The notes: generated from the sequence alone by a model not told the origin. Shown: positions 39,158 to 54,305, counted from the first letter of the stretch. The stretch: 64,000 nt of DNA from the human T2T-CHM13v2.0 reference genome, Homo sapiens (GCF_009914755.1 NC_060937.1), one strand, 5' to 3'. Numbers and translations: made by a program.

Positions 39158-41434
39158 CTAATTCCAAAAAATATTTATTATGGTATATACATGACAAAGG
39201 AACACAAACACAAATTAAAAATGAGGCAAAAGAAGATGGAAATCAAAATAAATTTAGTTAATTACTCAAGATCTTCAAAATAATAGAAATATCTCCTGAG
39301 GTTTTTCATTTAAAAAAGAATAAAACATTGTGATGCAATTAACACCATTCTGGACAACAAGTTCCCACAAGACATAACAATTGTGCATCACTGGGCTCTT
39401 CGAGTGGCTTTCCATCTAGGCTGATGAGGTCATAGCAAGAGCAACTCACTCAAAAGCAGTTCTGCAGAGGGCCATTGCGGTGTTAGGGAGGTTCTGAAGT
39501 CTTTGCTGATGCATTATTCAGTCACTGCCATTTTTGTTGAGAACTAATTGGAAGAATGGGTAGACCAGATGTCTTCTGAGAAATCTATCTTGGATAAAAT
39601 ATTTGCTGATTGAATTATTAAGGTTCATAGATTAACTCTGTACATTTTCATGTTGCCCTGGCAGGAACTGGGGAATGAACATAGTTGCTATATTTTCATA
39701 AAACTGAGGAGCTCACTAAGGACACAAGTCTACTTAGAAAGTTATCTATGATTGTTCAAGGTTATCTCATAGTCCATAGTCTTCTAACTAGCCCAGGATT
39801 CTGGTTAAATGTTTATTTGAAACTTGCTCTATTGAACAGATAAATTAGTGGCAGAAGTCCAAAGATTTTACTCTACATGGCATGGATAAAATAGTTTCAG
39901 CCTGAAAACACTTCAAGGCACATGCAAACTGATACTCCTCATGGCCCCACTAAATATCTTCAATGTTACTTTGAAAATGGTTGAAAAATTAATACTAAAG
40001 TAACAAAATATTCCCTCGTTAAATGGGATCCTTATTTATAAGCTGTCTGAAGTGGGGAATGTTTACCAATAATTTTATTCCTAGAATATTTGATGCTTAG
40101 CTATTTTAATTTGTAATTAATTTGGTAGCAGGATAATTTATATGTTCCAAACATTCTGGTTATAAATAATAATAACAATAGATGTGCTAAAATATGATAT
40201 AACAAATTTGTTTTCTTTATAGCATGAGAAGTTTGTGCATATTCAAAAGCAGTAGGTTTAAAAGAATGGAGTCTGAGGATGATCCTGAACTCTCCAGTTG
40301 GACATTTTAATTGCTGTGTCAAAAGGTCTTCCTTCTTTCCAGTTTGGGCCCTCAGCAGGAAGTTGAGTAGTACATGCCCTTCACATGTTAGTTACCAGGG
40401 TCTAGGCAAAAATAACATAGCATGAACCACAAATGATTCCTTCCTATTCACAAGGTCAAAGGCCAATAAAAATGAAGCCAATAAAAACTGCAAATAATCT
40501 AATATTTGTTTCTGATATATTTTGCCATATTCAGTCATTCATTGATTGAACAAATATTTGTTGCATGCATATTATAGACAAGGTCCCATTGTACTCACTG
40601 AGCATACACTGTGAACAAAATAGTAAGAGAATCAGAAAAGTGAATTTGAAGCCTGTCTTTTGCTCCAGTAAACAATGGCCTGAGCTTTGCAGGCTTAGTG
40701 TTTGTCATCTACTAAGGCACTATGCTCGTGCCAGGGATATACTAAAAAATAAGAAAGATAAAGGTCATGCCAGCTGGAGGAGACAAATAACGGATAAGTA
40801 AATGTAAATGCATACCCAATTGCAAATTTACTCAAGTGTTAGGAACAGTGTTCTGCAATGGAAATAAAGTGGGGGTGGTGTGTATGTGAGTCACTGCTAA
40901 AATAAGGTATTGGGAAAATCCTGCCTGAGAATAGTATTTAAGCTGATAGTTAAGGCTGAGTATACGGCCATGTGAACAGCTGGGGGTGAACGGGAAGAAG
41001 ACAAAGCAGGTGCAAAGCCAGCCTGGCTGGAGCACAGTGAATGAGAAAAGTGGTGCAAATCACGTTGGGAAAAGGTGGACTTTCTTTTTTTTGCTTCCAA
41101 TATACCATTCTACCTGAAATATGGCAAAGTAGAAAATGCAGGGCAAGAGAAAGGCAGGCAGTGGGGACTTCTGTTATAATGATGTCATATTTGTTCAGGT
41201 AATTGATAGCAGTGATTTGGACTCCATCGTTGGCATGCGTATGGCAAGAGATGCATTCTAGGTATTTGTTGAAGGTCAAATGTACAGAATTAACAAAGGA
41301 TTGTGTGTGGGAGATGAGGATAAGAAGGAATCAAGTGTGCTAATATACTTGTAACAACGGAGTGAATGGTGCTGTCGATGGATAAGATGTAGAAGACACC
41401 TTGGCCATACGGAAAAGAAATACATCTTGGGGTT

Positions 41435-41640
41435 GTGATAGTACTGGGAGTGATCACAAATTATGATCCCGTCTGTTCTTCCAGGTACATGTTATGTTTG
41501 CATATCACCAGTACATCAAAGTCACACATGGCCAGGTGACCTGCTTTGATGAATGGCATGGCTATGGAAATGGGAATTAAAGTGTGTCACTTCTGGGCAG
41601 AAGCTTTAGGAGCAGCAAAATGTTTTAACATTTTTTTTCT
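41435..41640 (+). mobile_element. Old MLT1 (I/J-like) LTR fragment
   Basis: ggccaggtgacctgctttgatgaatgg...gtgtgtcacttctgggcagaagcttta. Confidence 0.6.
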
Positions 41641-41889
41641 ATCAATAACCAGTTGATATAAAATTCTGGAAACTCCAGAAGAAATTTAAACCGGAAATAT
41701 AATCGTGGGAGTCAGCAGCATTCAGATGGTAGTTAGAACTATGAAAAAGTTGGAGACTGCTTTGGCAGAGGAAATAAAGAGGGAAGAGAAAGGTTCAGCT
41801 GTAAGAGGCTCCCATATTTACACCAGGGTAGACCAGCTGGAATTGTAAAGGAGCAGTGAAAGAGTTGGAAGACAATCTGGAGAAGATGG

Positions 41890-42295
41890 CATCTTAGTCT
41901 GTTAAGGCTGCCATAACACAATACCACATACTGGGTAAACAACAGAAATTTATGTTCTCAGAGTCTGGAGGCTGGAAGTCAAAGATCAAGGTGCCAGCAT
42001 GGTTGGTTTCTGGTGAAGCCTCTCTTTCTTGCTTGCAGATGGCTGATTTGTCCTTACATGGCCTTTTCTCTGAAGGAAGGTGTGGAGAGAGAGTGTGGTA
42101 CAAAGGAGAGCACGAGAGCGCTTTTGTGCTATCTCTTCTTATAAGGACATGAAAATTTGATCAAGTCCCACCCACATGACCTTACTTAACCTTAGTTACT
42201 TCCTTAGAGGCCCCATCACCAAGTACATCCATATTGCTTGTTAAGGCTTCAACATATGATTTTGGGGGCAATTCATAAATATTCAGTCCATGGTA
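41890..42295 (-). mobile_element. MLT1A/A0-like LTR
   Basis: tcttagtctgttaaggctgccataacacaataccaca...ggctggaagtcaaagatcaaggtgccagcatggttggtttctggtga...ttcagtcca. Confidence 0.88.
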
Positions 42296-43087
42296 GGTGG
42301 CATAGGGAAAGCCTTAATAGAAAAGCATTTCAGGAAGCAAAGAATAGTCAACTGTTCCATTTGCTTCCTGCACATAGCATAGTAGAATTAGCACTGTCTG
42401 TTGGATTTGGCAACATTTAGATGACTAGTGACCTTGGCATCATTTTCATTGCAATAGTGAGCGAAAAATCCAGATTGAAATAAGTCAACCAGTGCATAGA
42501 AATTCAAGAGCAGAGATAATCAGTAGGCAATATTTTAAAATGTGCCTTTTAAGAGAAGCAGAGTAATGTGAGAGTACCTGGAGAAGGATAAGAAACCAAG
42601 GGAGGGTTTCTTTCTCTTTCTTTTTATTGTATATAATGGCAGATTCTAGAGCTTTTTTGTTTGAAGACAAAGACCCAGTAATAAGAGAGAGATTGAGAAT
42701 GCAAAAGAGAGAGAGGGGTCACTCCAAGAAAGTAAGGACTTTCTTGGACGGAGATGGATGGATAGATTCTTCATTAGCTAGGAAACAAAAACAAAAACCT
42801 TCCTCTATTTTTACAAAAGAAAATAAATACGGGTAAAATTATAAGAAACGGGAAGACCAGATCCTGTCTGAGGATTGCCTCAGTGAAATACTGGTTAATG
42901 TGTGCAGATGAAAGGAGAAAGTAGGGTTTGAGGAGGGAGACCATGATATGAGACAGGCTTTCTAAGGAGTTAATGAAGTTTCATCGTGGATAAATAATTG
43001 TTGAAGCAGGTTTACAAATGTAACCATTGGAACAAAACATGCATCCTTTTCTAAATACCAAAGATGTATCAAAGAGATGAGAGGGCT

Positions 43088-43117
43088 GGGGAAAGAAAGG
43101 GGGAGGGGGAGGGGAAG

Positions 43118-43157
<40 letters not shown>
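43088..43157. repeat. Pure purine tract: G-runs plus (AG)n
   Basis: About 70 nt with no pyrimidine. Confidence 0.95.
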
Positions 43158-44674
43158 TTATTGATGCTATTTGGAAATGCATTTGGAATCTTGGCTGGTG
43201 TTGAATCATCCTCTATGTGATTTTATCCAGCAATTTCCAGCTGTACAGATGGCCAACATGGGGAAGTCAGATGTTGACTAACTGAATGACCGCTTTTAAT
43301 TTTCCAAGTGAGTGTGGTGGAGGAACAAAGAGAGAGTGAATATGTTTACAAGGAATTGACCATAATGGTGGATCATGAATTCTAGCTTAAAGAATAAAGA
43401 AGAAGGGAGGGGACAGTGGAGAGGCCAGCAGATTGCAGGTCTTCATGATGTTTACGAGGTATTTTCATAGGCATGCTTATACAAGAAATTTTAAGGATAG
43501 AACTAGTGAGATGATTAAATCATTGATTTTGAGAGTGGAGCCATTTCATTGAAAGATAAATATCAGGTAACTCTTAGATGTCAAATTCAGTTGATTTATC
43601 AAACGAAATAACAGGTCAGTAATCTTGGGGTGAAAGATAATTGACCTTTCCAAAGATACAGTAAACCCTGGGTCTATATGCTTGTGGAATTAATAATGTT
43701 TCCTGAAGAAACAAATCATATTTTCAAAGTATTTTTTCTGCTTGAAATATTTTAAATCAACATTGTATTAAGGTAAACATTCACCACTCATAAAATAGTT
43801 GCTATATTAAAAAAATGGAAGTTGATCTTTCTTCTGAAGACCTGGTTTTCAGACCAAATTCAACAAATTGAGTTTTCAAATGACAATTTTCCCCTAAATT
43901 TACCCATTATAGAATCTATCAGCCTGGCTAAGGTTCCCCTTCAGGGTTAGTAAAACCTATAATACACTTAGATTTCAAAAGGTCTTGGGTGGATACTTCC
44001 AAATTTTGTTTTACATAGCACCTTATTAATCTTTTCAGAATTTGTTGGCTGTGTAATCAACAAGTCAGACTAGGTGTTAGGAAATTTCTGTCTGTGTTTG
44101 CAATTTAAAACTGACTATAAGCTAGTCTCAATCTGCTATTGGAAAAAGGGGGAGGGATAATTCACACTTGAGACATTGAAGCAGTTCAAAAAGTGCCCAG
44201 CCCAAATGGGTTCCCCAGAGAGGTCCAAAAACTCCTCATTTGTCTTTCCTCTTTGCTGTCCTTGTTCTTAAAAATTCTTCCTTGACTGTCTTACGATTTA
44301 GCTCCAACACATCTTAGATCACCTGGATCTGAGAGCCCATAGACACACTTGCTGGCATGGACTATTTTGGGAATGGTCTGCTTTGGCCTAGAAGAAACCA
44401 CCTGATAGATGCTGGATGCACTGGTGGCATACTTAACAGCCAAGTTAATGGATATCTATTTTCAGAGCTGGTAGGTTACGATATATTCAGAAGTCTCCTT
44501 TTCTGGCTTGAGGGGTTTTGAAGTTAAGGATTATATTGTTGAATGATGCTGTGAAATGTTTTAAATTTTTTTGTTTTTGAGAAATCTGGATTTTAGTACA
44601 AACATTTATCTATATTCAAATGTATTAATTCTTTCTCTTGCTTTCTTTGGTAGAAGTAAAAATGGATTACTCAC

Positions 44675-44762
44675 CGTTATCTTTCTTGGCCTTTGGGAAT
44701 CTCTCCTGAGCTGTCTGACGCAAGTGGGAGGAATCTCTTCTTGAAAGACTTTATTCCATTCC
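44675..44762 (-). ncRNA. Candidate exon (-), 88 nt
   Basis: Acceptor ctacatcttgtttgccag|G; donor ACG|gtgagt; unique sequence. Confidence 0.4.
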
Positions 44763-45789
44763 CTGGCAAACAAGATGTAGTTCCTCTTAATGCTTATACT
44801 CCTCTTGCTAAGGTGCATGGTACATTTCAGCACATAGTCTCAATTCTATGACCTTTTAAAATTATATGGTCTGTGTTCCAAACTGCAGAGCTAATTTTTG
44901 CAGAGAACTGAACTATAAAATTAGTAGCAATCTGATAAGAGCTGTTGAAGAATGAACGGAATGCTTTCTTTTCAGAATATAATAATAGAAATAGACACAT
45001 AAAAAAGCTATCATAAACCCATTTTTATACATTCATGGTAGTATTACATTGTGTTGGGTATAATAAGTCTGGAAATAATTTTTGCTACATCTCTATTCTT
45101 GGAGCCAGCATTATAGGTAATATTGTAAGTATAACCCAATGTGGCTTACCATTTTTAGAATTAAGGATTTAGGAAAAATTGCAATTTTCCTCTTGTTTTA
45201 ATCCTGAACATAAGTGGCCCAGTGCTGATCAATCCACACTATAAGATTAAGGAATTGCGCACTATGTCAGTCAGTGGAAGGAAGGTGGAAAGAGAAGGAA
45301 GCATATAGACCATTTTTTTTTCAACATGTCTAAAGGGACTCTCATTTCCTGAACCCAGACATCCCACTGACTTACATAAAATATCGGTAGTGGAACAGGT
45401 TCATTTAAGTGTAGAAAAAGTCCGCTGACTGGAGTTATAATCAAAACAAAAAAAAAAGGAGATGAAGAGAAGCAATTACATTAATAGTTGATAAAAGTTT
45501 GCCTGTATCCTGCATTTTGACTCATTCATAATTTGGAGACTCTAGTTTCATCAGGATGGCATATGATTTTCATCACAAACATAGTAAGTTATTAACTCAT
45601 GCAATGTCTGTCATCTTATTCACCAAGGGTTTTACTAAAGATTAGAGACCATGGCTTCTCATGACAACTGAGAAGGGGCTTTATTTTTAATTCGACATGT
45701 CTTCCTCCTGGATCTTGATGATTTACCAAGTAAAAGATCTGTAAGAGTAAAAGAAATTTCTAAAACTTAGGAAGCTTACCATACAACAA

Positions 45790-46720
45790 ATATTATTTCA
45801 GAATTCTGCTTCTGACAATGTGGTAAAACTAAAATGTTCCAAATATTCTCTCCTTACAGAATACCTAGAAATATTGAATAAAATAGAGAAACACTTTAAA
45901 GCACATAGTTGAGTTCACAAAGTATGTGTGTAAACAAGTCTGTAAATATATAAACAAGATAAGAGATATAACCTGGGACCAAAAGCTAAGACAGAGCTGA
46001 AAACCGAGTGGTATGCAAGCAGTGATGCTTTAGCTGTCTTGGGTTGGCTACACAGAGATAGAAAATAAAACACTGACCCTGTAGAAGATGAAGAAATGAA
46101 CTCGGATTTTCTCATGAACTATATACTTAGGAAAAGGTGGGTTAGGAATAAAATAACTGATCTCTGGGAGAGAGACAAAATAGGCAAACTTGGCTGCCTA
46201 AGTCTTGGCACCAAGTGAAAAATTAATATATTAATGAAAATTTCTTCTTTTTTCATGTATGGGGTTTGAATCTACATAATTGCGTGAGTTAGGAAATCCC
46301 AAACCAAGCATTAATTTAAATGACCTCTAGGATGGCAGTGCCCTAGGACACTCAACATGAGCAAGTGGGACTCTCTGGAAGAATATGCCCTCAACCTAGG
46401 GGCCCAAAGATGACCACCAGTTAAAATCAGTGAGCTATAACTTTATGATCCTAAATTATACAACACATTATTAAAAGGAACCACCATAAATGAGTCCAGC
46501 AGAAACTGCAAACAACAGCATAAGCTCAGCAAGATAAGATATTGTAAAGTACATACATAGATAACTGTTTAAAAGAAGCAAAATATGGAGTAGAAAAGAT
46601 GGTTCAGGAACAGGAGACTAATAAAAATCATGAGTAAATTTGCAAAAGAACCAAATTGAACTTCTATAAATAAAAAAAATGACTATTGAGTGAAAAAACT
46701 CAGTGGTTGATTAAGCCAAC
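45790..46720 (+). mobile_element. Very old L1M 5'-region/HAL1-like fragments
   Basis: aaaagaaccaaattgaacttctataaataaaaa...aaaactcagtgg ORF1-like motif; A-rich bias. Confidence 0.5.
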
Positions 46721-46849
46721 TGGAAACACTTTTTTTTTCTTCTGGGAAAGGAACACAACACAGTAAATCCAAAGGAAAAGGAAAGAAGGAAGCAAAACTG
46801 TTTTCATAAAGACTTTTTTAGTTCTAGTGGGACAAGCAGTGTTGCCCCA

Positions 46850-46970
46850 AGATAATCACTGGTCTTGGTTTGTATGCAGCAGTCTCAATTTATCCCCATA
46901 GTCCTCATGCAATCATTAATAATGCCCTGTTTCATTCTCAAAAAAAAAAAAATCCTATTTGGAAGATAGG
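46850..46970. mobile_element. MER94-like hAT-Blackjack MITE
   Basis: cagtctcaatttatccccatagtcc...aatcattaataatgccctgtttcattctcaaaa...cctatttggaagata. Confidence 0.6.
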
Positions 46971-48578
46971 AGTTGAGGGAGGGTCTAGGTAGGTGTGGCA
47001 CAGTGAGCTAAAGGGTCATGTGATGGTGTTTCACAGCTGGAAGGTTTTACAACTTTGGGAGTTGAGAGCCAGAATGCTGAGCAAGAAGCCCAGTTTTCAC
47101 AGAGGAACAAGCATCTGTGGTTCATCCTCAGGTGGCTTGGAGAAGGTGGTTAACTAAACAAGGGGGAGCTGAATTTCCCAAGATGCCCTGCAGCTGCAAA
47201 CTGGGAGGCCCGAGTGGGTGGAGCAGAGGGGCAGAAGGGCATTGAGTGCTGTGGTTATGGAGTGGGGACTATGAAACAGCCAGATCTTAGCAATGATGTC
47301 ATTGATGACTAGTCTACCCACAGGCTAGGAAAGATAGAGACCATTTGGAGTACAAGTCCCTGTATCAGAATTAACATGAGGATAAAATGAGAGAAAATGA
47401 CATTTTCTCGTTTAACTTAGGAGGTACTTAAATTATTTCATTGTTTTGTTTTTATTCCCTCTCTCCATATTTCCTTATCTCCAAATCAATAACTTAACAA
47501 CAGTACAGAAAGAATCAAGTAGAAAGTCTAGAATCAGAGGAAGACATATTTTCTTAAAGATACATTGTTCAGAGGACATCATACTAGGGTCCCTTATTTC
47601 CCATTTTAGAGAATGAAAATACATGCTAATAAATAGGGTCAGATGGTATTTTCTTGAGCAAGTTTAACAGCAAAGAAAGTTTAGAAGATAATCTTTTTAA
47701 ATTATGTAGACTTTTACAAAGGGATAGGAGTGGGTAGGGAAAATCTTGAACCTGTCAAAAGTAGACCAATAAAATAAAACATTTAAAAAATCAGACACAA
47801 TTTTCCCAGTCTGAATAAGAAAAAATAAGAGATACCTAATCCTGTTAATCTTCTTGTTCCATCAGTGGAAAGGAACTTGAATGAGAGGAAACATGTTCAA
47901 GGAGGCACTCAGAGTAAGTGAGCAGTACTGGGTGACATGCTGAAGCGGAATAGTGATCTGATCAAATTACTTAGACTGAAAACCGTGAAAAGAATTTCAC
48001 ACTGTGTCTAGCTAAGAAAACAGTTTTATCAAGTGCATGATCTTAAATGTGCTGAGATTTCTTTCTTTTTTTTTTTCTTTTTTTGTGTTGGTTTCTCTTT
48101 GCACTGTCTTGCTTCAGTGAATATGCTACCTGGAAAAGTGAAAGGCATTGTTGATGACAGTTCCTTAAGTGGAGGAAGAACAATGCATGGCACTAATGTG
48201 TTGAGTGCTGAGTCTGAACTTTTGAGTAGGTTGGCGTATTTTTAAAATACGTATTTCTATTTACTTTCCCATGAGAGTTTTAATTTTCAAAATTGTATTC
48301 TATTTTTTTTTAGAGTGTTTGATCTAGGGATCTTGAAATCCATGCCCATACATGGACACCACACATTCTATGAATGCCTTGACTGCAGCATTTGTATTTG
48401 CATGTGTAAATTTGTTCCAGAGATAAGGAAAATAACATTTCTCAGATTTTCAAAGTTGTTTATGATTAAAAACTTTCAGTTTTTAATAAGTACAGTATTG
48501 GCATGTACTCTCTTTTGCTGCATGTTGGCTAGAAACCTTTCTGCCATATGCCCTACTGTTCCATTGAGTGAAACTCAC

Positions 48579-48634
48579 CTTTTCCCATTTCTGCAAGTGG
48601 AACCCCCAGAAGGACAGAAATATTCATACAAAAG
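48579..48634 (-). ncRNA. Candidate exon (-), 56 nt
   Basis: Acceptor gatatttttcccctttag|C; donor AAG|gtgagt. Confidence 0.4.
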
Positions 48635-49489
48635 CTAAAGGGGAAAAATATCATTCTTGAGTATGAACCTTTGGATATAATGGACAACGTAGAGGCCAAG
48701 TTCAGGATTAAAAAAAAGATTCTACTGATCAGCAGATCAGGTTTTACTGGCAAGTTCCTGAGAGATGGTTGCATTCTCTCTGGCTTTGGCCTTTAGAAGG
48801 AGCTCCTATTTCATCCTATGTTAAAGCTCAATGTTGTGATTCCAAGACCAGAATGAAGTCCTACACTACTCCCCAAAAGAAACGGCCCAAGAGCAATAAG
48901 CTTAAGATTTTTCATCTCCTGAAAAACTGTGAGGAAAATGAAAATGGCGCAGGGTGGCTCCTTCATTGGGTACTCATTTATGGGGAATGTGGAGCGGGTC
49001 TTTCAAGCCCGCCACTCTAGCTGTTGTTGGATCCACTGTCAAAAAACTAGAAGAAAAGTAAATGCTAGATGCTCTTGTGTTAGTGAAGAACACTAACTCC
49101 CAAAAGACAAGCAAAAATCTAACAAAAAAGACTGCTTCTGGTTATGTTTTCCTAATTGCCAAAATGGTAAAAATGAGAATAATCATTGAAAGAGAAAGCA
49201 TAAAGTAGCAAAAATCCTTTCCAGATTAAAAAACGAAGCAAAGCATGTTTCCCAAGTAATAATACTCTCATCTTCCTCCCTAATCCTTTACCCCACTACC
49301 AGAAGAAGAGTAAAATGTCCGGATATATTTGAAGGTAAAGATTTCTCCTTTTAATAAAATTAGTCACCTTGTACACATCAGTAGATCTTGAGAATGAAAA
49401 GCTTTTCTAGTACATTCATTTCAACCTATAAATGTTTGACTTTTCTCTGTCATTCATTTACGACCTGTGATCTTTTCATTCCCTTTCAG

Positions 49490-52400
49490 TTAGAATATTT
49501 TTCAAATTTTTATTGATATTTTCTATTTAACCCATAGGTTATTTGGAAATACATTGTTTAATTTCTAATATATTTGCTTTTTTTTCTACTTATTTCTTTT
49601 TTTCTTAATTCCACACTGGTCCAAATATATTCTGCATATGATTTAATATTTTAAGTTCTGTAGAGACTAACCTTGTGCCCTGCATGTGTTTAATTTTTGT
49701 ATATGTTTCATGCGCACCTGGAAATTATGTACAGATTGCGTTTGCTGTATGCAGTGTTTTGTATAAGTTGACTAGATTAACTATGTTGTTAAATATTTTA
49801 TATCCTTATGAACTTGTTTTCTGTTTGCTGTGCTAGCAGTCAGAGAAGTATGTTATAATATCTCACTTAATGACAGTGAATTTCTCTATTTTTCCCTTTT
49901 AACACTTTCCACCATTTTAAAACATTTTAAAGTTATTAGTTGCATAGGCATTTACAAGTTTTATATCTTCCTGACTGATTGACACTTTATTTTTTTCTTT
50001 ATTTCTAGTAATGTTTGTTGCCTTAAAGTCTACTTTGATGTTAACATAACTATATCAGTTTTCTTTTGATTAATGTTTGCATGGATTATATGTTCTCATC
50101 CTTTTACTTTTACATTACCTGTATCCTTAAATTTAAGGCATTTTTTTGTATGCAGAACATATTTAAAGTTTGTTTTATATCCCAGTCTGATAACCTTTGC
50201 ACTATTTTTGATTAAAAAATTTAATGTGGATCATAATACATTTGGACTTAAATCTGTCATTTTACTATTTATATTCTATTTTTTCTCATATGTTCTATAT
50301 TTTTAATCCCATTCTTGTCTTTTAATAAAGATTAATCAGGATTTCTTCTTTTTCATTTTATTTTTTTCTATTAGATAGCTAGTTACATTATTTTACTGTT
50401 TTTTAGTGGTTATCCTAGAATTGACATTAATCTTGATCATAATCTTGATCACTAATGCTTAATATAAATTAGTACATTTGCCACTTCCCAAGTGAAACTT
50501 AGTACAGTTTCAAGTCATTTAACCTCTATTTTTGTTTTCCTGTCATGTATTTTATTTCTAAGCATTGAATTCCCTAAATCATATATTACTATTTTATATG
50601 GTTAATATTTATATTAATTTTCTGCATATTTACCTTTTGATTTTCCATTGATCTTTATTTTTCCTTCATTTTTATGCTTTACTTTGATATTATATTATTT
50701 TTGCATGGAAAACTGTTTTTTGTGTGTCTTTTATTGTGGATCTGCTGGAAATGGATTCTCTCAATTTAGTGTGCAAATGTCTTTATTTAGTCTTCATTTT
50801 TTGATATTTCCAAAGGTATGAGTCAAGGTAGGCATTCACTTTTTTTCTTAAAGTGTAAACGTATTATTCTCTTTTCTTCTGGGTTATCCGCATGGTGGAT
50901 GATTTTGTGTGTCACCTTGACTGGGCTAAAGGATGCCCAGATAGCTGGTAAAACAATGGGTTATGGGTGTGTCAGTGAGGGTGTCTTTGACAGAGGTCAG
51001 CATTGGAATCAATTGTCTGAGTGAACAAGATCACCCTCATCAATGTGGGCAGACGTCATCCAATCTGCTGAGGGCCAGGACAGAACAAAAAGTCAGAGAA
51101 AGACACATGTGCTCTTTCTGTTTAAGCTGAAACATCCATCTCCTTCCATCCTCAGACATCGGCACTCGTGGTTCTTGGGCCTTCAGACTCAAACTGGGGC
51201 TTATGCCACTGGCTTCCCTGGTTCTCAGTTCTTTTCATTTGGACTGAAACTATGCCCCAGACTTCCTGGGTCCCAAGCTTGTAGGTGGCAGATTATGGGA
51301 CATCTCAGCCTCCAAAATTGCTTGAGCCAATCTCACATTATAAATATCTTTCTCTGTTTTCTGTGTATCTCCCATTGTTCCTATATCTCTGGAGAATCCT
51401 CACTATTCCATCCCTCCTCCTTTTTTCTTCTGAAGAACTCAGGTTTCAGCATTATTTTTCCTCCTTTTAAGATAATGCCTGTTTTTGTTGTTCTTGGTGC
51501 TCCTAATATTTCTCTGTCTTTGAATTTTAAAGGTGATTTCTTCATATTTATTCTTCTTGAGGCTTGCTGCATTTCTTGAATTTGTGGGTTGATGTCTTCA
51601 TTAGTTTTAGAAAATGTTCATTTATTACCTCTTCAAATATTGATTCTGCCTCATATCTGTCTCTTTTCTCCTTCTAAGGCTCTAATTATGTAGACATTTT
51701 AGCATGCTCCATTTGTTTCTAAGCTTCTTTCCTGAATTTTATATTCTTTTATGTCTTTGATCATCAGCTTTTGATCAACAATTCAGATTATCAGTTCACC
51801 TTTCAGCTGTGTCTAATGAAGTCTGTATTTTGAGATTTTAGTTTTAGTTCTGGTATTATCAGTATTACAATTTTAAATTGATTCCTTTTTAAATATTTTA
51901 GTTCCTGGTGAACTTCTCCATTTCCCTTTTATCCTCTTGAGTGTATTAATCACAGTTTAAGCTCATGTCTGATAATTCCAATATCTGGAAAACCTGTGGA
52001 TGCATTTCTAATGCTTATGTTTTCTCTTGGTTCTGTCTTGATTAATAGGGTTTTATTATTGCTGGAAGTTGTTAATTTTAAACTGTCAGAGTTCTGAATG
52101 ATGTTATCCTATTCTAGAAATGGTTTCCCTTAGCTTCTGGCAGGCAGGCAATGTAGGAGAAAATTTCTTTAATTAAATGATGGATTGAGCTGATTTTAAG
52201 TCTGGCTTTCAGTCTTTGTAAGGTCTATTCTATTTCCTGTTAGTCTTAATTCCTAAAGTATAATACTTTAGGAGTTTTAGTTGAAACTCTGTGGTGTTTA
52301 CCAGGTCTCTTCCACCTTGGCTGGTCTCAAATTCCAGTTTCTGTTTCCTCAGCATTTGGAAACTGATCCTTCTTAGATCTTTAGCCTGACAGCAGAAGTT

Positions 52401-53100
52401 TTCTGCTGGATCTTGGCCCCTCAAATCCTGGCTATCCTTAAAAGTCTAATGCTACCAAAGAGACTTTTAAAAACTTTATGCAGCTTTTCTAGTTTTCAGA
52501 GGCAAGATTAGTCTGCTGAGAAGTATTGGATGACACTTTGGAGAAATAGCTTGTACTTACTTTTTATATATATGGATATATCAGTATCTACAATTAATCC
52601 ATATAATTCCTACCTGCTATAAGATATTTACACATTTTTTGCTAATTTGCATGTATGAATGTAATATTTAGTTTCAAAATATGATCTTTTCCCCATTATC
52701 TTTTCTTTCTTGAGCCTTTTTATTTTAGAATTTCCTGAAGCTTTATGACATATTTACATGTAAACGTGTATATTTCTCCTTATATTGCCATAACTTTTTC
52801 CTTTTTTTAATCTATCATTTTCTTTCTTTGATTTTCTTTCTGTTTTGCTAGTGTTTTTTCCAGAAATAGTTATGGGTTGAAAATCTCTGAGTTCTTGTAC
52901 ATACAAAAATTTTACTGTTGTCACAGTTGAATCTTAGTTTAGATGGGTATAGGATTTTTATTCAAAATGCTTTTACTCCATAAGTTTAAAAATATTGTTA
53001 CATTTTCCTCAAGTATCTGATGTTATTGATGAGAAGTTTAATTCTAATTTGACTCTTGTTCCCTTGTAGGTACTATTTGTTTTCCAGTTTGGGAAGCTTA
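49490..53100 (-). mobile_element. Old L1M (MC/ME-like) antisense fragments
   Basis: T-rich bias; L1 motifs (atgtttgcatgg..atatgttctcatccttttacttt; tttgtgggttgatgtcttc; tgttattgatgagaagtt). Confidence 0.7.
50891..51410 (+). mobile_element. MLT2 (C/D-like) LTR
   Basis: gattttgtgtgtcaccttgactgggctaaaggatgcccagatagctggtaaaac...ctctggagaatcctcacta. Confidence 0.9.
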
Positions 53101-53316
53101 CATTTCTTAAAATTCACAACATATAATTTACATACTACACAATTCTTTTTAAAGTATACAATTCAATGCATTTAGTATGTTTTAGTACATATAACTTAAA
53201 TTATGTATATACAAAATCTCTTTATAATATTTGTAGAATATGTAGCATATTCACAAGATTGTTCAACCATCACCACTCTCTATTTCCAGAATCTTTTCCT
53301 CCAAAAAGAAACCCTG

Positions 53317-54305
<989 letters not shown>

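Larger units (their letters stand above)
40530..43560 (-). mobile_element. Long fragmented L2, interrupted by two MLT1 LTRs and a purine tract
   Basis: cattcattgattgaacaaatatttg; ggctggagcacagtgaatgag; ggatttggcaacat..gatgactagtgaccttggca; other L2 landmarks. Confidence 0.65.

Noticed and set aside
39003-39283. Cys/Val/Tyr- or His/Thr-rich ORFs
   Set aside because: Translation of a TA/TG microsatellite.
48786-48806. CTCF-like tggcctttagaaggagctcc (also sites near 11146 and 13650)
   Set aside because: Several mismatches or a gap in the core motif.
51043-51579. Longest ORF (178 aa)
   Set aside because: Lies in an MLT2 LTR and adjoining L1; no protein-like composition or exon structure.
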